Positions 25,691-34,828 are shown, counted from the stretch's first letter. The stretch is DNA of 64,000 bases from an uncultured Gammaproteobacteria bacterium (GCA_963809565.1 CAWEKE010000001.1:239452-303451); one strand, 5' to 3'. Notes: generated by a model from the sequence alone, not told the origin. Program-made: numbers and translations.

Positions 25691-27574
25691 TCAGGTAGCC
25701 GGACGCCCGCCTCCGGGCGCCGCCTGCTCGATGACCAGTTCCTGGCCTGCCTCGATGCCCTCGAGGACCTGAACAGTCCCGTCTGGCCAGTGGATCTCGA
25801 GCCGCAGCGCCGATTGTGAGTCTCCGAGCCCAAAAGTCTGGACAAGTTCCGTCTGCGACAGATAACTCCGCGCGCTGTTTATCTGGCGCTCCTGAAGCCG
25901 CTCGCCCTCGGCCAGCACCAAGCGCGCACCGACAGCGCCGGTGTTCGGGGCTGTTCCGCGCAAGCGCACACGCAGCCATCGATGTCCCAGCACCTGATCA
26001 TTGCGCAACAGGTGCGGCGCGCCACCGACCTGGGTGATCACCACGTCAAGATCGCCATCGCTATCGATGTCTGCGTAGCTGGCGCCCCGGCCCACCATGG
26101 GTTGCGTCAGATCGCCAGTATTCGCAGCCGGCATTGGAATGAATTGCCGGTCGCAATCATATCCGCAATTCCAGAACAACTGTGCGGACTGGGCATGCTG
26201 CTGGCTGGGTTGAACACGGTTGATCTCATCCTCGACGTGACCGTTGGCCTGCAACAGATCCAGACGTCCGTCCAGATCGGCATCAAACAGGAACAGGCCG
26301 AAACTCAGCACGCTGCGGCTGGCCGGGCCGATACCGGTAACGATGGCTTCATCGTTGAACAACACGCTGCGCGCCGGATCGACAAAAAACGAGGTCATCT
26401 CGTTGGCGAAATTGCCCATCGCCACAGCATATTCGCCCTGATCGCCGATGCGGCCGCCGTCGATACCCATCGCGCCGGTGGCGCTGCCGGTGTTGTCAAA
26501 AGCCAGCCCGGCATTGACGCCCTGCTCCTCGAACTGTCCACCGACGTTGCGAAACAGGAAGTTACGCACGGTGTCGTTGGCCACTACCAGGTCCGTCCAG
26601 CCATCCAGATCCAGGTCCTCGGCCAACACCGCCAGGCCCTTGCCGACCGGGACGCCGGTATCGGCGTTGCGCACATGGATGCCGCTTCCGGCACCAAGCT
26701 CGGTGAATCGACCCTGGCCGTCATTGCGAAACAGATAGCTGTCGGTGCCGGCAAAATTCGTCGGCGGGCCATAGGCACGGCCAATCCCCGCGAGGCGATA
26801 GTCGACCTCGAAATCCAGTTCCCGCGACCACTGCACGTAATTCACCACGAACAGGTCCAGGTCACCGTCCCGGTCGTAATCAAGAAACGCCGCGCTGCTG
26901 CTCCAGGTGTCGGCACCGCCGGCGACGCCGGCTTTCGCGGTCACATCCTCGAAGCGGCCGTCGCCGAGATTCCGCAACAGCCGATTGGGGCCGACCGCGG
27001 TCAGGTAGACATCGACCCGGCCGTCGCCATCATAGTCGCCGGTGGCAATCCCCATCCCGTACAGCGGCTTGTCCAGGCCCGAGCCGGCAGTGACATTCTG
27101 AAATTGTCCCCCGCCGAGATTCCGATACAGCTCGGGCGTCGATGGCCGGTCTGAATCTTCCGACCAGGGCCAGGCAGTCGAGTTGACGAACAACAGATCG
27201 GGCAGATCGTCCTGGTCCAGCGAAAAGAACGCGACGCCACCACCCATGGTCTCGGGCAACAGCCGTTCGCCGGCAGCGCCGCTGTCATGGTGAAAACTGA
27301 TACCCGCAGCGCCGGTGATGTCGGTAAACGGGATCTGCGGAGCGTCCGGCTCAGCCACCGTGACCGCGGGTTTCGACAGGGCCTGCTCGTTCACCGGGGC
27401 CTGTTCGGCGGGCCGGCCGCGCCACCAGAGCATTGCCGATACCAGCGCGATGAAAACGACGATCGCGATCAGCGACCGGCGCAGTGCAACGCCGATGACT
27501 GCGTCATCCTGGACCAGATCCGTTTCCGGGTCCCGGTCATCGGTCAAGGCTGGCTCAACGGGTTCCTGTCTCAA
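25691..27574 (-). CDS. CRTAC1-family protein (FG-GAP/VCBS + ASPIC/UnbV), N-terminally membrane-anchored
   Basis: N-terminal TM segment (LIAIVVFIALVSAMLWW). FG-GAP loops: GDYDGDGRVDVYLT, LDYDRDGDLDLFVV, EDLDLDGWTDLVVA, FDADLDGRLDLLQA, ADIDSDGDLDVVIT. UnbV-like C-terminus (GARLVLAEGERLQERQINSARSYLSQTELVQTFGLG..LEIHWPDGTVQVL). ATG overlaps the upstream stop (27571-27574). Confidence 0.85.
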   Translation of the reverse strand: MRQEPVEPALTDDRDPETDLVQDDAVIGVALRRSLIAIVVFIALVSAMLWWRGRPAEQAPVNEQALSKPAVTVAEPDAPQIPFTDITGAAGISFHHDSGAAGERLLPETMGGGVAFFSLDQDDLPDLLFVNSTAWPWSEDSDRPSTPELYRNLGGGQFQNVTAGSGLDKPLYGMGIATGDYDGDGRVDVYLTAVGPNRLLRNLGDGRFEDVTAKAGVAGGADTWSSSAAFLDYDRDGDLDLFVVNYVQWSRELDFEVDYRLAGIGRAYGPPTNFAGTDSYLFRNDGQGRFTELGAGSGIHVRNADTGVPVGKGLAVLAEDLDLDGWTDLVVANDTVRNFLFRNVGGQFEEQGVNAGLAFDNTGSATGAMGIDGGRIGDQGEYAVAMGNFANEMTSFFVDPARSVLFNDEAIVTGIGPASRSVLSFGLFLFDADLDGRLDLLQANGHVEDEINRVQPSQQHAQSAQLFWNCGYDCDRQFIPMPAANTGDLTQPMVGRGASYADIDSDGDLDVVITQVGGAPHLLRNDQVLGHRWLRVRLRGTAPNTGAVGARLVLAEGERLQERQINSARSYLSQTELVQTFGLGDSQSALRLEIHWPDGTVQVLEGIEAGQELVIEQAAPGGGRPAT

Positions 27575-30384
27575 TCGCCTGTGATCCTCGAGATCTGTTC
27601 CTGAAGTCCATAGGCGCCAGCGCGCTGCAGATCGTAGATCACGACCGGCTCGGCGGCGTGGTTCGCCGCGTCATTGTTTCGGCGCGCCAGCGCAATCGCC
27701 CGGTCGCGGGCATTGTCGTCGGTTTTATAGCGCGCATGAAGCGCACGCTGGATCTCAGCTTGCTGCTCCTGCCCTGTGCGTGCATAGATCTGGGCCAGAC
27801 CCCAATGCGCCTCGGCATTCTCCGGATCCAGCTGCAGCACTCGTTGATAAGTTGCCACCGCTTCATCCAGCAACTGTTGCGCGCGCTCCGCGGCGGCGCT
27901 TCCGCGCAGTGCCCGCGCGCGCTCGAACAAGGTCCCGGCAAACTCATTCAGTGCCCGGTAATCACGGCTGAAATCCAGACCCCGCGCGCGCGCATCGACA
28001 AAACGCGTCTCCAGCACGCTGCGCATACCGTCGATAGCCTGGTCCAGATAGCCGTTCTGCCGATCCAGCAGTGCGGTAAACCAGGCCACGGTCCACGGGT
28101 ACGCCGGCGGATCAAAACCAATGGCCCGATCCAGCGCGGCGCGAGCATCATCCAGTCTGCCTTCTCGAAGGTAGACCCGGGCAAGATTCAGCGCTCCGTG
28201 AGACTGGCCCATGAACTCGACCGCGGCAAACGCCTCCTCCGCCTGGCGCAGTTCGCCGGTGCCGCGCTTGCGCAGCAAGCCGATACCGTAGTCGTTCAGC
28301 CGCTGCCACGCCGCTATATCGGGTGCGGGCTGTGCGGGCGGCGCTGGCCCGCCGGCAACCGGGAATACGATCTCATCGCTGGCAATTTCTACCACCGGCA
28401 GGTCATTGCGCCGGAATTCGTCACCCTGGAAGTACTGCAGATACGTCGTGTCGAATTTCCGATAGTTGAGGCGCGCTCTTACCACCACCGGCTCGCTCAC
28501 CCACGCGGGCACGGTCAGCCGATAATGCACCACATCGGCGGCGCCCGGCGGAATCTGGTTGTTGTACAGCGCGGTGAAAATGTCCTCGGCGTTGCGGCGA
28601 TCGATACGCCGGCCATCCCGGTCAACGACCCAGGAATTCACAAAATGAGACCAGGGATCGACCCGCCGCTGCTCAGGCTCCATGGCGCCGCTTCTGCCGA
28701 TCAGCGCGTCGCCGCTATAGACCTCGACGTCAACCCATATCTGGTTAGAGTCCGAGGTGCCCTGGGTAAACAGGTGACCCAGCGTCAGCGTCCGGATCAC
28801 AGTCTCCAGCAAGTAACTCTCACCAGGCACCAGCGCCGGCACCTGCGGCCGCAGCGGGGCATGCAGCGCGCCGTCGACACTGCCCCCTTGCTTCAGACCG
28901 ACAATGTCCAGGCGTAAGGAACCCTGGAGAAATTCGCGATGCGCCTCGATCACCGATTCCGGCAGCCCCAGAAGGTAAGGAATGGCAGTGTTGGCCGAGG
29001 GAAACTGGTGATCGTGGACCTGGAGCTCGCCGCTGTCGTCAAGCTGCCGCGCGCCAAAGTCATCGGAGACAAGGGCGGGCATATGGCAGCCGTTGCAATT
29101 TTCCTGCGCCCGCTCGGGGTAATAAAAGCTCTGTGTGCTGTGACCGGAGACGCCGCTGAGCAGGAAGCTGTCGTAGTGATTCTGTCCGCGCAGCCAGCGA
29201 TAGCCATTAAGGGCTTCCGGTAGCCCCACCTTGTGGCAAGTGCCACAAAATTCCGGGCTGCGATGCAGTGGCTTGAGGAAGGTCTTGCGGTGAAACTCCG
29301 GCTTGGCTTTGATCAGCGCCCGGTTTATCCATTGCAGGGCCGCATTTTCAGAATAGACAAACGGGTAATGCAGCGGCTCCTCGATGGTGTAATCCGCATT
29401 GCCGCGCGGACTGTTGATGTGGGTGATCGCATGGCAGCCGGTACAGGTGATGCCTGCCTGTGCGGTCGGATGGCCAACATCGTCGAATTCCGGGTCGTCG
29501 AAAGCGCCGGAGAAAAACGGCACCAGATCGTGACATCCGGCGCAAAAGCGCGAGGCTTGAACGTCGCCGTCGCGTTCCAGCATGGCCTGACGCGTGTTAC
29601 GTACCGAGAACAGGTAGGCAGGATTGTTAAACGACGCAAAGCGATGGACGCTGTGGGACCATCGTTGATGAATGTCGCCGTGGCATTCGGCACAATACTG
29701 ATCCTGCATCAGCGCCCGTGCCGGGATGAAATTGCCGCTGGCGGTACGCGCAAGAGAGGGCTGGAAGTACCGCTCTCCCGAGGCCGGTCCTGCCTGGTCC
29801 CAACGCCTTGGATCCTGTGCCTGGACGACGATCAACAGCGCAGAAAACAGCACTGCGACCAAGGCTACGGTCGCCCCTGCACGCCAGTTGATCGCACTCC
29901 CCGCCAGCCTGTGCAATACGAAAAGCCAGATCGCGGCCAGCGGCGTGATCACATGCAGCCAGTAAGCGAGGTTTCGCGCTGCCGGGGCACGCACCTCGAT
30001 CACCGGGATGCCGCGGGTCAGCACCAGTCCGCTGACTATCAGCAGCAATGCGACGCTGAACAAGGCATAGCCCACGGCCACGGCGCGACGGTTGGGCCGG
30101 TGGCGAGCTACCTTCAGGTGCAGGACCCCGTAGACGACCACCGGAAGCACCAGAATCAGCCCCAGCACCAGGTGTCCGAGAAACATCAGCTGGTAGAAAT
30201 ATCCCTGAAACGTCTCGCCACGCAGCCATTCCAGCAGCGTCACGCCGCCAAGATAGCCGGCATTGATAGTCAGCAGCGAAAACAGGCCGAAAACCACGTA
30301 GAGCAACTTGCGCAGACGCGGGCCCACGACCGGAACATATTTCCGTCGGCGTGCAGGTCCTGTTTGAGCTCGCTGGGTCATCAC
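27571..30384 (-). CDS. polytopic membrane domain + pentaheme c-type cytochrome + C-terminal TPR fusion protein
   Basis: About five N-terminal hydrophobic helices (several with His), then five CXXCH motifs (CAECH, CAGCH, CTGCH, CGTCH, CNGCH), then a TPR-like C-terminal third. Both ends overlap the neighbouring genes by 4 nt. Confidence 0.85.
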   Translation of the reverse strand: MMTQRAQTGPARRRKYVPVVGPRLRKLLYVVFGLFSLLTINAGYLGGVTLLEWLRGETFQGYFYQLMFLGHLVLGLILVLPVVVYGVLHLKVARHRPNRRAVAVGYALFSVALLLIVSGLVLTRGIPVIEVRAPAARNLAYWLHVITPLAAIWLFVLHRLAGSAINWRAGATVALVAVLFSALLIVVQAQDPRRWDQAGPASGERYFQPSLARTASGNFIPARALMQDQYCAECHGDIHQRWSHSVHRFASFNNPAYLFSVRNTRQAMLERDGDVQASRFCAGCHDLVPFFSGAFDDPEFDDVGHPTAQAGITCTGCHAITHINSPRGNADYTIEEPLHYPFVYSENAALQWINRALIKAKPEFHRKTFLKPLHRSPEFCGTCHKVGLPEALNGYRWLRGQNHYDSFLLSGVSGHSTQSFYYPERAQENCNGCHMPALVSDDFGARQLDDSGELQVHDHQFPSANTAIPYLLGLPESVIEAHREFLQGSLRLDIVGLKQGGSVDGALHAPLRPQVPALVPGESYLLETVIRTLTLGHLFTQGTSDSNQIWVDVEVYSGDALIGRSGAMEPEQRRVDPWSHFVNSWVVDRDGRRIDRRNAEDIFTALYNNQIPPGAADVVHYRLTVPAWVSEPVVVRARLNYRKFDTTYLQYFQGDEFRRNDLPVVEIASDEIVFPVAGGPAPPAQPAPDIAAWQRLNDYGIGLLRKRGTGELRQAEEAFAAVEFMGQSHGALNLARVYLREGRLDDARAALDRAIGFDPPAYPWTVAWFTALLDRQNGYLDQAIDGMRSVLETRFVDARARGLDFSRDYRALNEFAGTLFERARALRGSAAAERAQQLLDEAVATYQRVLQLDPENAEAHWGLAQIYARTGQEQQAEIQRALHARYKTDDNARDRAIALARRNNDAANHAAEPVVIYDLQRAGAYGLQEQISRITGD

Positions 30385-33300
30385 CGCGCAGATTGATAAC
30401 GGGTGTTGTACTGCTGGTGAAGTTCTTCCCGCCGCATCTCTGCGGCATCGTCTCCCAGAGCGCTGCGCGGCAACGGGCCCAGCTGCCCGCCGTCACGGGT
30501 AAACAGATCCATGTCCTTGGCCCAGCCCCGGGCTTCGAGCACGAACCTGCGCGTCCAGTCATGCGCCACTGCATCTGGTGCATTGAACTCAAGGTGCACC
30601 TCTTCACCGGAGCCGATAATCGCTACCGCATCGTCTGCCTGCTCAAGCAACGGTTCCACGGGGCCTGTCCGGGTGTAAAAGCCGTCGAGATAACGGGCGT
30701 CCCAGAACGCATCGCGCACCTGATAATCGTAATCAGGCACGCGCTGGGCTGCCGTAGTTCTTGTCGCAAAGCCGGTAATCGCCAGACGCGCGGCTGTCGG
30801 AGTCATCACTTGATGGACCATCGCCGGCGGCGCGTCTTCCTCGAATACGATACGAATACGATCCCAATACACTTCGAGATTGGTCGACAGGCGCAACGCA
30901 ACTGTCTTTGCTGGCAGGTCGCCCAGCGGCAGGGCCATCTCCCTCGGCATCCCGGCCGGATAGCCGAAGCCGGTGTAGACGCGATGCCAGACGCCATCGA
31001 CGCTCAGCGCATCCAGACTCGGGGCCTGGTAATCAGCGCCAGCCTGCCAGGCGGCAAACACGGTCTGCGAATACGGGTATTCGACCCAGCCATCGGCGAC
31101 CAACACCGGGCGACTGCCGGCCGGATTGATTTCACGGTCAAATTCGAGCAGCAAACGATGTTCCTGTTGCAGGCGGCCGATAAACCGATGATCGACCTCG
31201 CCCACCGGCGCCGCCACACGGTCAGCGGTCCTGACCGTGTCGAGGACGTCCTCACCGCCGGCATTGCTCGCGGATACCGGGCTGAGGCTGCGCTCGGGAC
31301 GGAAAAAGATCGGGCGGCCGGTGACCGCCGGACCGCCTGTGGCCATGCGCTCATCGACGGCCATGTCCCAGCCTGGCGGCAAATCGAACCCATGCAGCCG
31401 CACCACATCGAGATAAGCGCTCTCCTCCATCGGCTCCGCTATCTTCAGCGCGTAAACCCCTTCCTTTGGCACCAGGCTGCCTGCGGGCATCAGAAAATAC
31501 TCCCACGGTCGCGGCTCGGCATACTCTCCCGGCGCAACCAGAAAACCCAAACCTCCGACGCCGAGCACGTCGCTGACGAAGCCGTAATGCGTCCCGTTCC
31601 AGGCAAATATCACCGGACAGCTGGACAGCTGACGCTGGGTCTCGGCGATCCGGTGCAATTCGCCCTGAGCCAGAGACAATTCGGTCTGGAACACGCCGTC
31701 GGACCAGTCTATCGCCACATAGTCAGCGGCAGGCAATCCGGCCAGACCCATCAGCAAGGGCTGCAGACTTTGACCCGGCGCGGAATTGTGATCCAGCGTG
31801 GTGGTCATGGTCCAGCGATCGAGCAGGCGCAGGGACACCCGGGTGCCGATGCCGGAACGATTCGAACGCATGGAGTCGGCCTTGTCTTCCTTGCCGCTGA
31901 AGCTCAGGCCCAGAAACGGCAGGCGCCCGGGCCCCGGCGGCCAGCGTCTCAGGGCTTCTTCGGTCGGCGCTACGATTTCCGGGCCGGCCTGGATATCGGC
32001 ATTCAATATCAGCAGCGGCCCGGTCAGCCCGGCGCTGTCCTGCAATTGCAGCATGCCGCCGGCATGGTGGCGGATCGAAACGCCGGCGCTGCTGGCGATG
32101 ACAAGTTTCAGACTGCCGTCACCGTCAAAATCGGAGACCGCAAGCTGCGGCTTACTGCCGGCAACGGTGTCCAGTGTATCCAGGGACCAGGACCCCGGAC
32201 GCCAGCTCCAGCGCAACAAGCGTCCGTCTTCGTCCACTGCGTAGATCTCGGGGCGGCCATCGCTGTCCAGGTCGGCGATGGCCGCGGCCTGCAGCGATGC
32301 CTGGCGAAAACTGTCCAGCCCGGTCGCCCGGCGATATTCCCAGAGCCGGTCGTTGATCCAGATATCATTGCCGCCGCCTTCGTTCACCACAATCAGGTCG
32401 AGATCCCGGTCCAGGTCCAGATCAGCGGCGAGAAACTGGCGGCCGGCACCAGCACCGGCGATCCCCTGGCTGGCCCCGAGGCGACGAAAACTGCCGTTGC
32501 CGTTGTTGCTGAACAGCTCGTCCGGCCCATCCGCATTGACCACGAATATGTCGAGATCGCCGTCATGATCTGCATCGATCATGCCGCCATCCACACAGTC
32601 TCCGGCATCATCCGTCGCGGTGTCCGCGCCACGCTCGCGCCACTCGCCCCGGTCCGCGCCCAGCCATAGCTGGTTAGGTCCCTTCCGGCACAGATACAGA
32701 TCCAGATCGCCATCGTTGTCGACATCGCCCCACAATGCGGCGGTGGCGTTGCGGATTCCGGCCAGCGGATGATCCGCGAGATCCGCAAAGCGCCCGTCCG
32801 CCTGGCCGATGATCACGCGCGTGCCGACGGTCGTGGCGGCAAAGATGTCGAGGACGGTATCGGCATCGATGTCGGCAGCCGTCAGCGACAAGACCTGGCC
32901 GCTGATGTCGGCTGCGAGCGGCACCGCCTGCGCGAACAGCGGGCCGGGCGGAAGCGTCGCCGGTTCTATCCGCTCGCGACCCACTGCAAGCGCCTCGGCC
33001 TTGGGACCCAGTTTCGTGTATTTGAACTCGGCCAGACGCGCCCGCGGATTGTCCGCAAATCGCTCGTAAACGGCGAGCATGTCCCGGGCCTCCTGCGGCT
33101 GTCCCGTCCGGCGCAGCACCAGGGCAGCACCGTAGTAGGCGCTGCGCAGATACGGATCCAGATCGATGGCGCGACGGTACCAGTCCAGAGCGCCTTCCAT
33201 GTCGCCCTGCTGCAGCAACGCCTGGCCGGAGAAATATGCGGCATAGGCATCCTCCGGATCGCCCGCGGTCACGACATTCAAGTGCTCCAGCGCCGCGGCC

Positions 33301-33671
33301 GTGTCGCCCAGATACAGTCGCAGCAGACCGGTAATGTAATTGGCACGCAGATCATCCGGTTCCGCTGCCAGCACCGTGGCAACGATGTCCAGTGCGCGTT
33401 GTTCATCACCCTCCTGCTGGCGATTCAGCGTAGCGATGGCGAGATTAAGACGCGCATCACGCCAGTCCGGATTTCTTTGCGCAACTTGCTCAAACGTATC
33501 TCGGGCCGCCGCATAGTCGAAATTACCCATCAGCGCGACGCCGCGATTATTGGCTGCGATGTCCGCTGCGCTGATGTCGTCATCAGCCCTTTCGCAACCA
33601 GTGCCTGAGAGCAAACTCAGCAGGACCGGTATCGCCCACAGCGGGCCGGACATTCCTCTTGCTGCGGTCAT
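30381..33671 (-). CDS. large secreted (possibly lipoprotein) TPR + FG-GAP/VCBS + UnbV-like protein with a long uncharacterised C-terminal region
   Basis: Signal peptide with a possible lipobox (LLSLLSGTGC). N-terminal TPRs. FG-GAP loops: GDVDNDGDLDLYLC, IDADHDGDLDIFVV, ADLDLDRDLDLIVV, ADLDSDGRPEIYAV, SDFDGDGSLKLVIA. UnbV-like segment (GIGTRVSLRLLDRWTMTTTLDHNSAPGQS). I recognise no family in the final ~450 aa. Confidence 0.8.
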   Translation of the reverse strand: MTAARGMSGPLWAIPVLLSLLSGTGCERADDDISAADIAANNRGVALMGNFDYAAARDTFEQVAQRNPDWRDARLNLAIATLNRQQEGDEQRALDIVATVLAAEPDDLRANYITGLLRLYLGDTAAALEHLNVVTAGDPEDAYAAYFSGQALLQQGDMEGALDWYRRAIDLDPYLRSAYYGAALVLRRTGQPQEARDMLAVYERFADNPRARLAEFKYTKLGPKAEALAVGRERIEPATLPPGPLFAQAVPLAADISGQVLSLTAADIDADTVLDIFAATTVGTRVIIGQADGRFADLADHPLAGIRNATAALWGDVDNDGDLDLYLCRKGPNQLWLGADRGEWRERGADTATDDAGDCVDGGMIDADHDGDLDIFVVNADGPDELFSNNGNGSFRRLGASQGIAGAGAGRQFLAADLDLDRDLDLIVVNEGGGNDIWINDRLWEYRRATGLDSFRQASLQAAAIADLDSDGRPEIYAVDEDGRLLRWSWRPGSWSLDTLDTVAGSKPQLAVSDFDGDGSLKLVIASSAGVSIRHHAGGMLQLQDSAGLTGPLLILNADIQAGPEIVAPTEEALRRWPPGPGRLPFLGLSFSGKEDKADSMRSNRSGIGTRVSLRLLDRWTMTTTLDHNSAPGQSLQPLLMGLAGLPAADYVAIDWSDGVFQTELSLAQGELHRIAETQRQLSSCPVIFAWNGTHYGFVSDVLGVGGLGFLVAPGEYAEPRPWEYFLMPAGSLVPKEGVYALKIAEPMEESAYLDVVRLHGFDLPPGWDMAVDERMATGGPAVTGRPIFFRPERSLSPVSASNAGGEDVLDTVRTADRVAAPVGEVDHRFIGRLQQEHRLLLEFDREINPAGSRPVLVADGWVEYPYSQTVFAAWQAGADYQAPSLDALSVDGVWHRVYTGFGYPAGMPREMALPLGDLPAKTVALRLSTNLEVYWDRIRIVFEEDAPPAMVHQVMTPTAARLAITGFATRTTAAQRVPDYDYQVRDAFWDARYLDGFYTRTGPVEPLLEQADDAVAIIGSGEEVHLEFNAPDAVAHDWTRRFVLEARGWAKDMDLFTRDGGQLGPLPRSALGDDAAEMRREELHQQYNTRYQSAR

Positions 33672-34666
33672 TTCGCATCTCCGCGCAGCGCTTTCTTGGC
33701 CCGCGCAATACGCTGCTCGAGCGAGGCAATGTCGATCTCGCCGGGATCAGCCGGCGCCAGGCGGCGGGTTTGCAGGTAAGTATAAAGCTCTGAGCGCAAA
33801 TGGGCGCGCATGTCATGACCCCGGCGGCGTTCACGTTCCTGGCGCAGGCGTCCGATGTCTATCGGCGCCACCACGACTTTCTCACCCGGACCGGGCTCGG
33901 CCTGGGCCAGAATGCGCCCGTCATAGTCGACAACCATGCTCGCTCCCGGCCAGCTGAACGGGGGATAGTTGCTCATCGCCGCCCCCTGGTTGGCGGCTAC
34001 GACATAAGCGGTGTTTTCCAGTGCCCGGGTACGATTGATCAGGGTCCACCAGTCCATCGGTTCGCTCGCGCCCCAGGGATCCATGTAGGCCGAGATGCGC
34101 ACCAGGATCTCGGCCCCGCGGAAGCTCAATTCGCGGATGGTCTCCGGGAACAACCAGTCATAACAGGTCGCGACCGCGATTTTACCCAACTCGGTATCGG
34201 CCACCGGAAACGGATCCGGCTGATAGTCCGGGATGTCGTGCGGACTGGCATGCACTTCCCAGGGAATCCACGGATTGACCTTGCGGTATTTGCTCAGCAC
34301 GCCATCGGCTCCGATCAGCACCGTGGTATTGAACACATGCTCGGGATAATCCGGGTCGCTTTCCAGGAACGAACCAGTCTGGATATAGCAGCCGAACTGG
34401 CGCGCGAGCGCTGCGTACCGCTCGGTGAACTCGTTGGGTACAGGCAGCGCCAGCTTGCGACGCAATTCGCCGACACTCTGATAGATCGGCACGGCATGCG
34501 CGAACTCCGGGAATGCCAGCAGTCTGACATCGAAAAACGGCTCGTAGCCGACGACAGTCTGGGCGACCATTTCACACATTCGCTCGACCCGGGAGGAGAT
34601 TTCTTCGCGGGTCTGCGCTGCGGGGAAATCGGTCTGACAGGCTGCAGCGTAAAACAAGTTACTCAT
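33668..34666 (-). CDS. carbon-nitrogen hydrolase (nitrilase superfamily, amidase-like)
   Basis: Glu-Lys-Cys triad contexts: LLAFPEFA, SKYRKVNPW, KIAVATCYDWLFPE. Start chosen at ATG 34666 (MSNLFYAAACQ..). The stop overlaps the start of the downstream gene by 4 nt. Confidence 0.85.
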   Translation of the reverse strand: MSNLFYAAACQTDFPAAQTREEISSRVERMCEMVAQTVVGYEPFFDVRLLAFPEFAHAVPIYQSVGELRRKLALPVPNEFTERYAALARQFGCYIQTGSFLESDPDYPEHVFNTTVLIGADGVLSKYRKVNPWIPWEVHASPHDIPDYQPDPFPVADTELGKIAVATCYDWLFPETIRELSFRGAEILVRISAYMDPWGASEPMDWWTLINRTRALENTAYVVAANQGAAMSNYPPFSWPGASMVVDYDGRILAQAEPGPGEKVVVAPIDIGRLRQERERRRGHDMRAHLRSELYTYLQTRRLAPADPGEIDIASLEQRIARAKKALRGDAK

Positions 34667-34810
34667 CTGTCTTTTTGACCCCGGTTGGCAACAGCGGCAG
34701 GCGGCGGATGCGTAAGACTGAATTTGTATTCTAAACGTTGCGTCGCCGCAGGCGCAGCGGGAGCGGCGCATGGCGATGCGGAAGTCTTTGTACTATAGTC
34801 TTGAGCTGAA

Positions 34811-34828
34811 CTTGTCGTTTTCGACAAG
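34811..34828 (+). promoter_or_regulatory. inverted repeat CTTGTCG-TTTT-CGACAAG in a divergent promoter region
   Basis: Perfect 7-bp arms with a 4-nt spacer, followed by CAATGTTTTTT, located 39 nt upstream of ATG 34867. It could be an operator or a leader hairpin. Confidence 0.3.

Noticed and set aside
30351-32669. 772-aa plus-strand ORF opposite the 1096-aa FG-GAP/TPR gene
   Set aside because: Same reasoning as above. No recognisable motif and an Arg/Gly/Gln-biased composition. The minus-strand frame has a signal peptide, TPR, FG-GAP loops and operon-consistent 4-nt overlaps.
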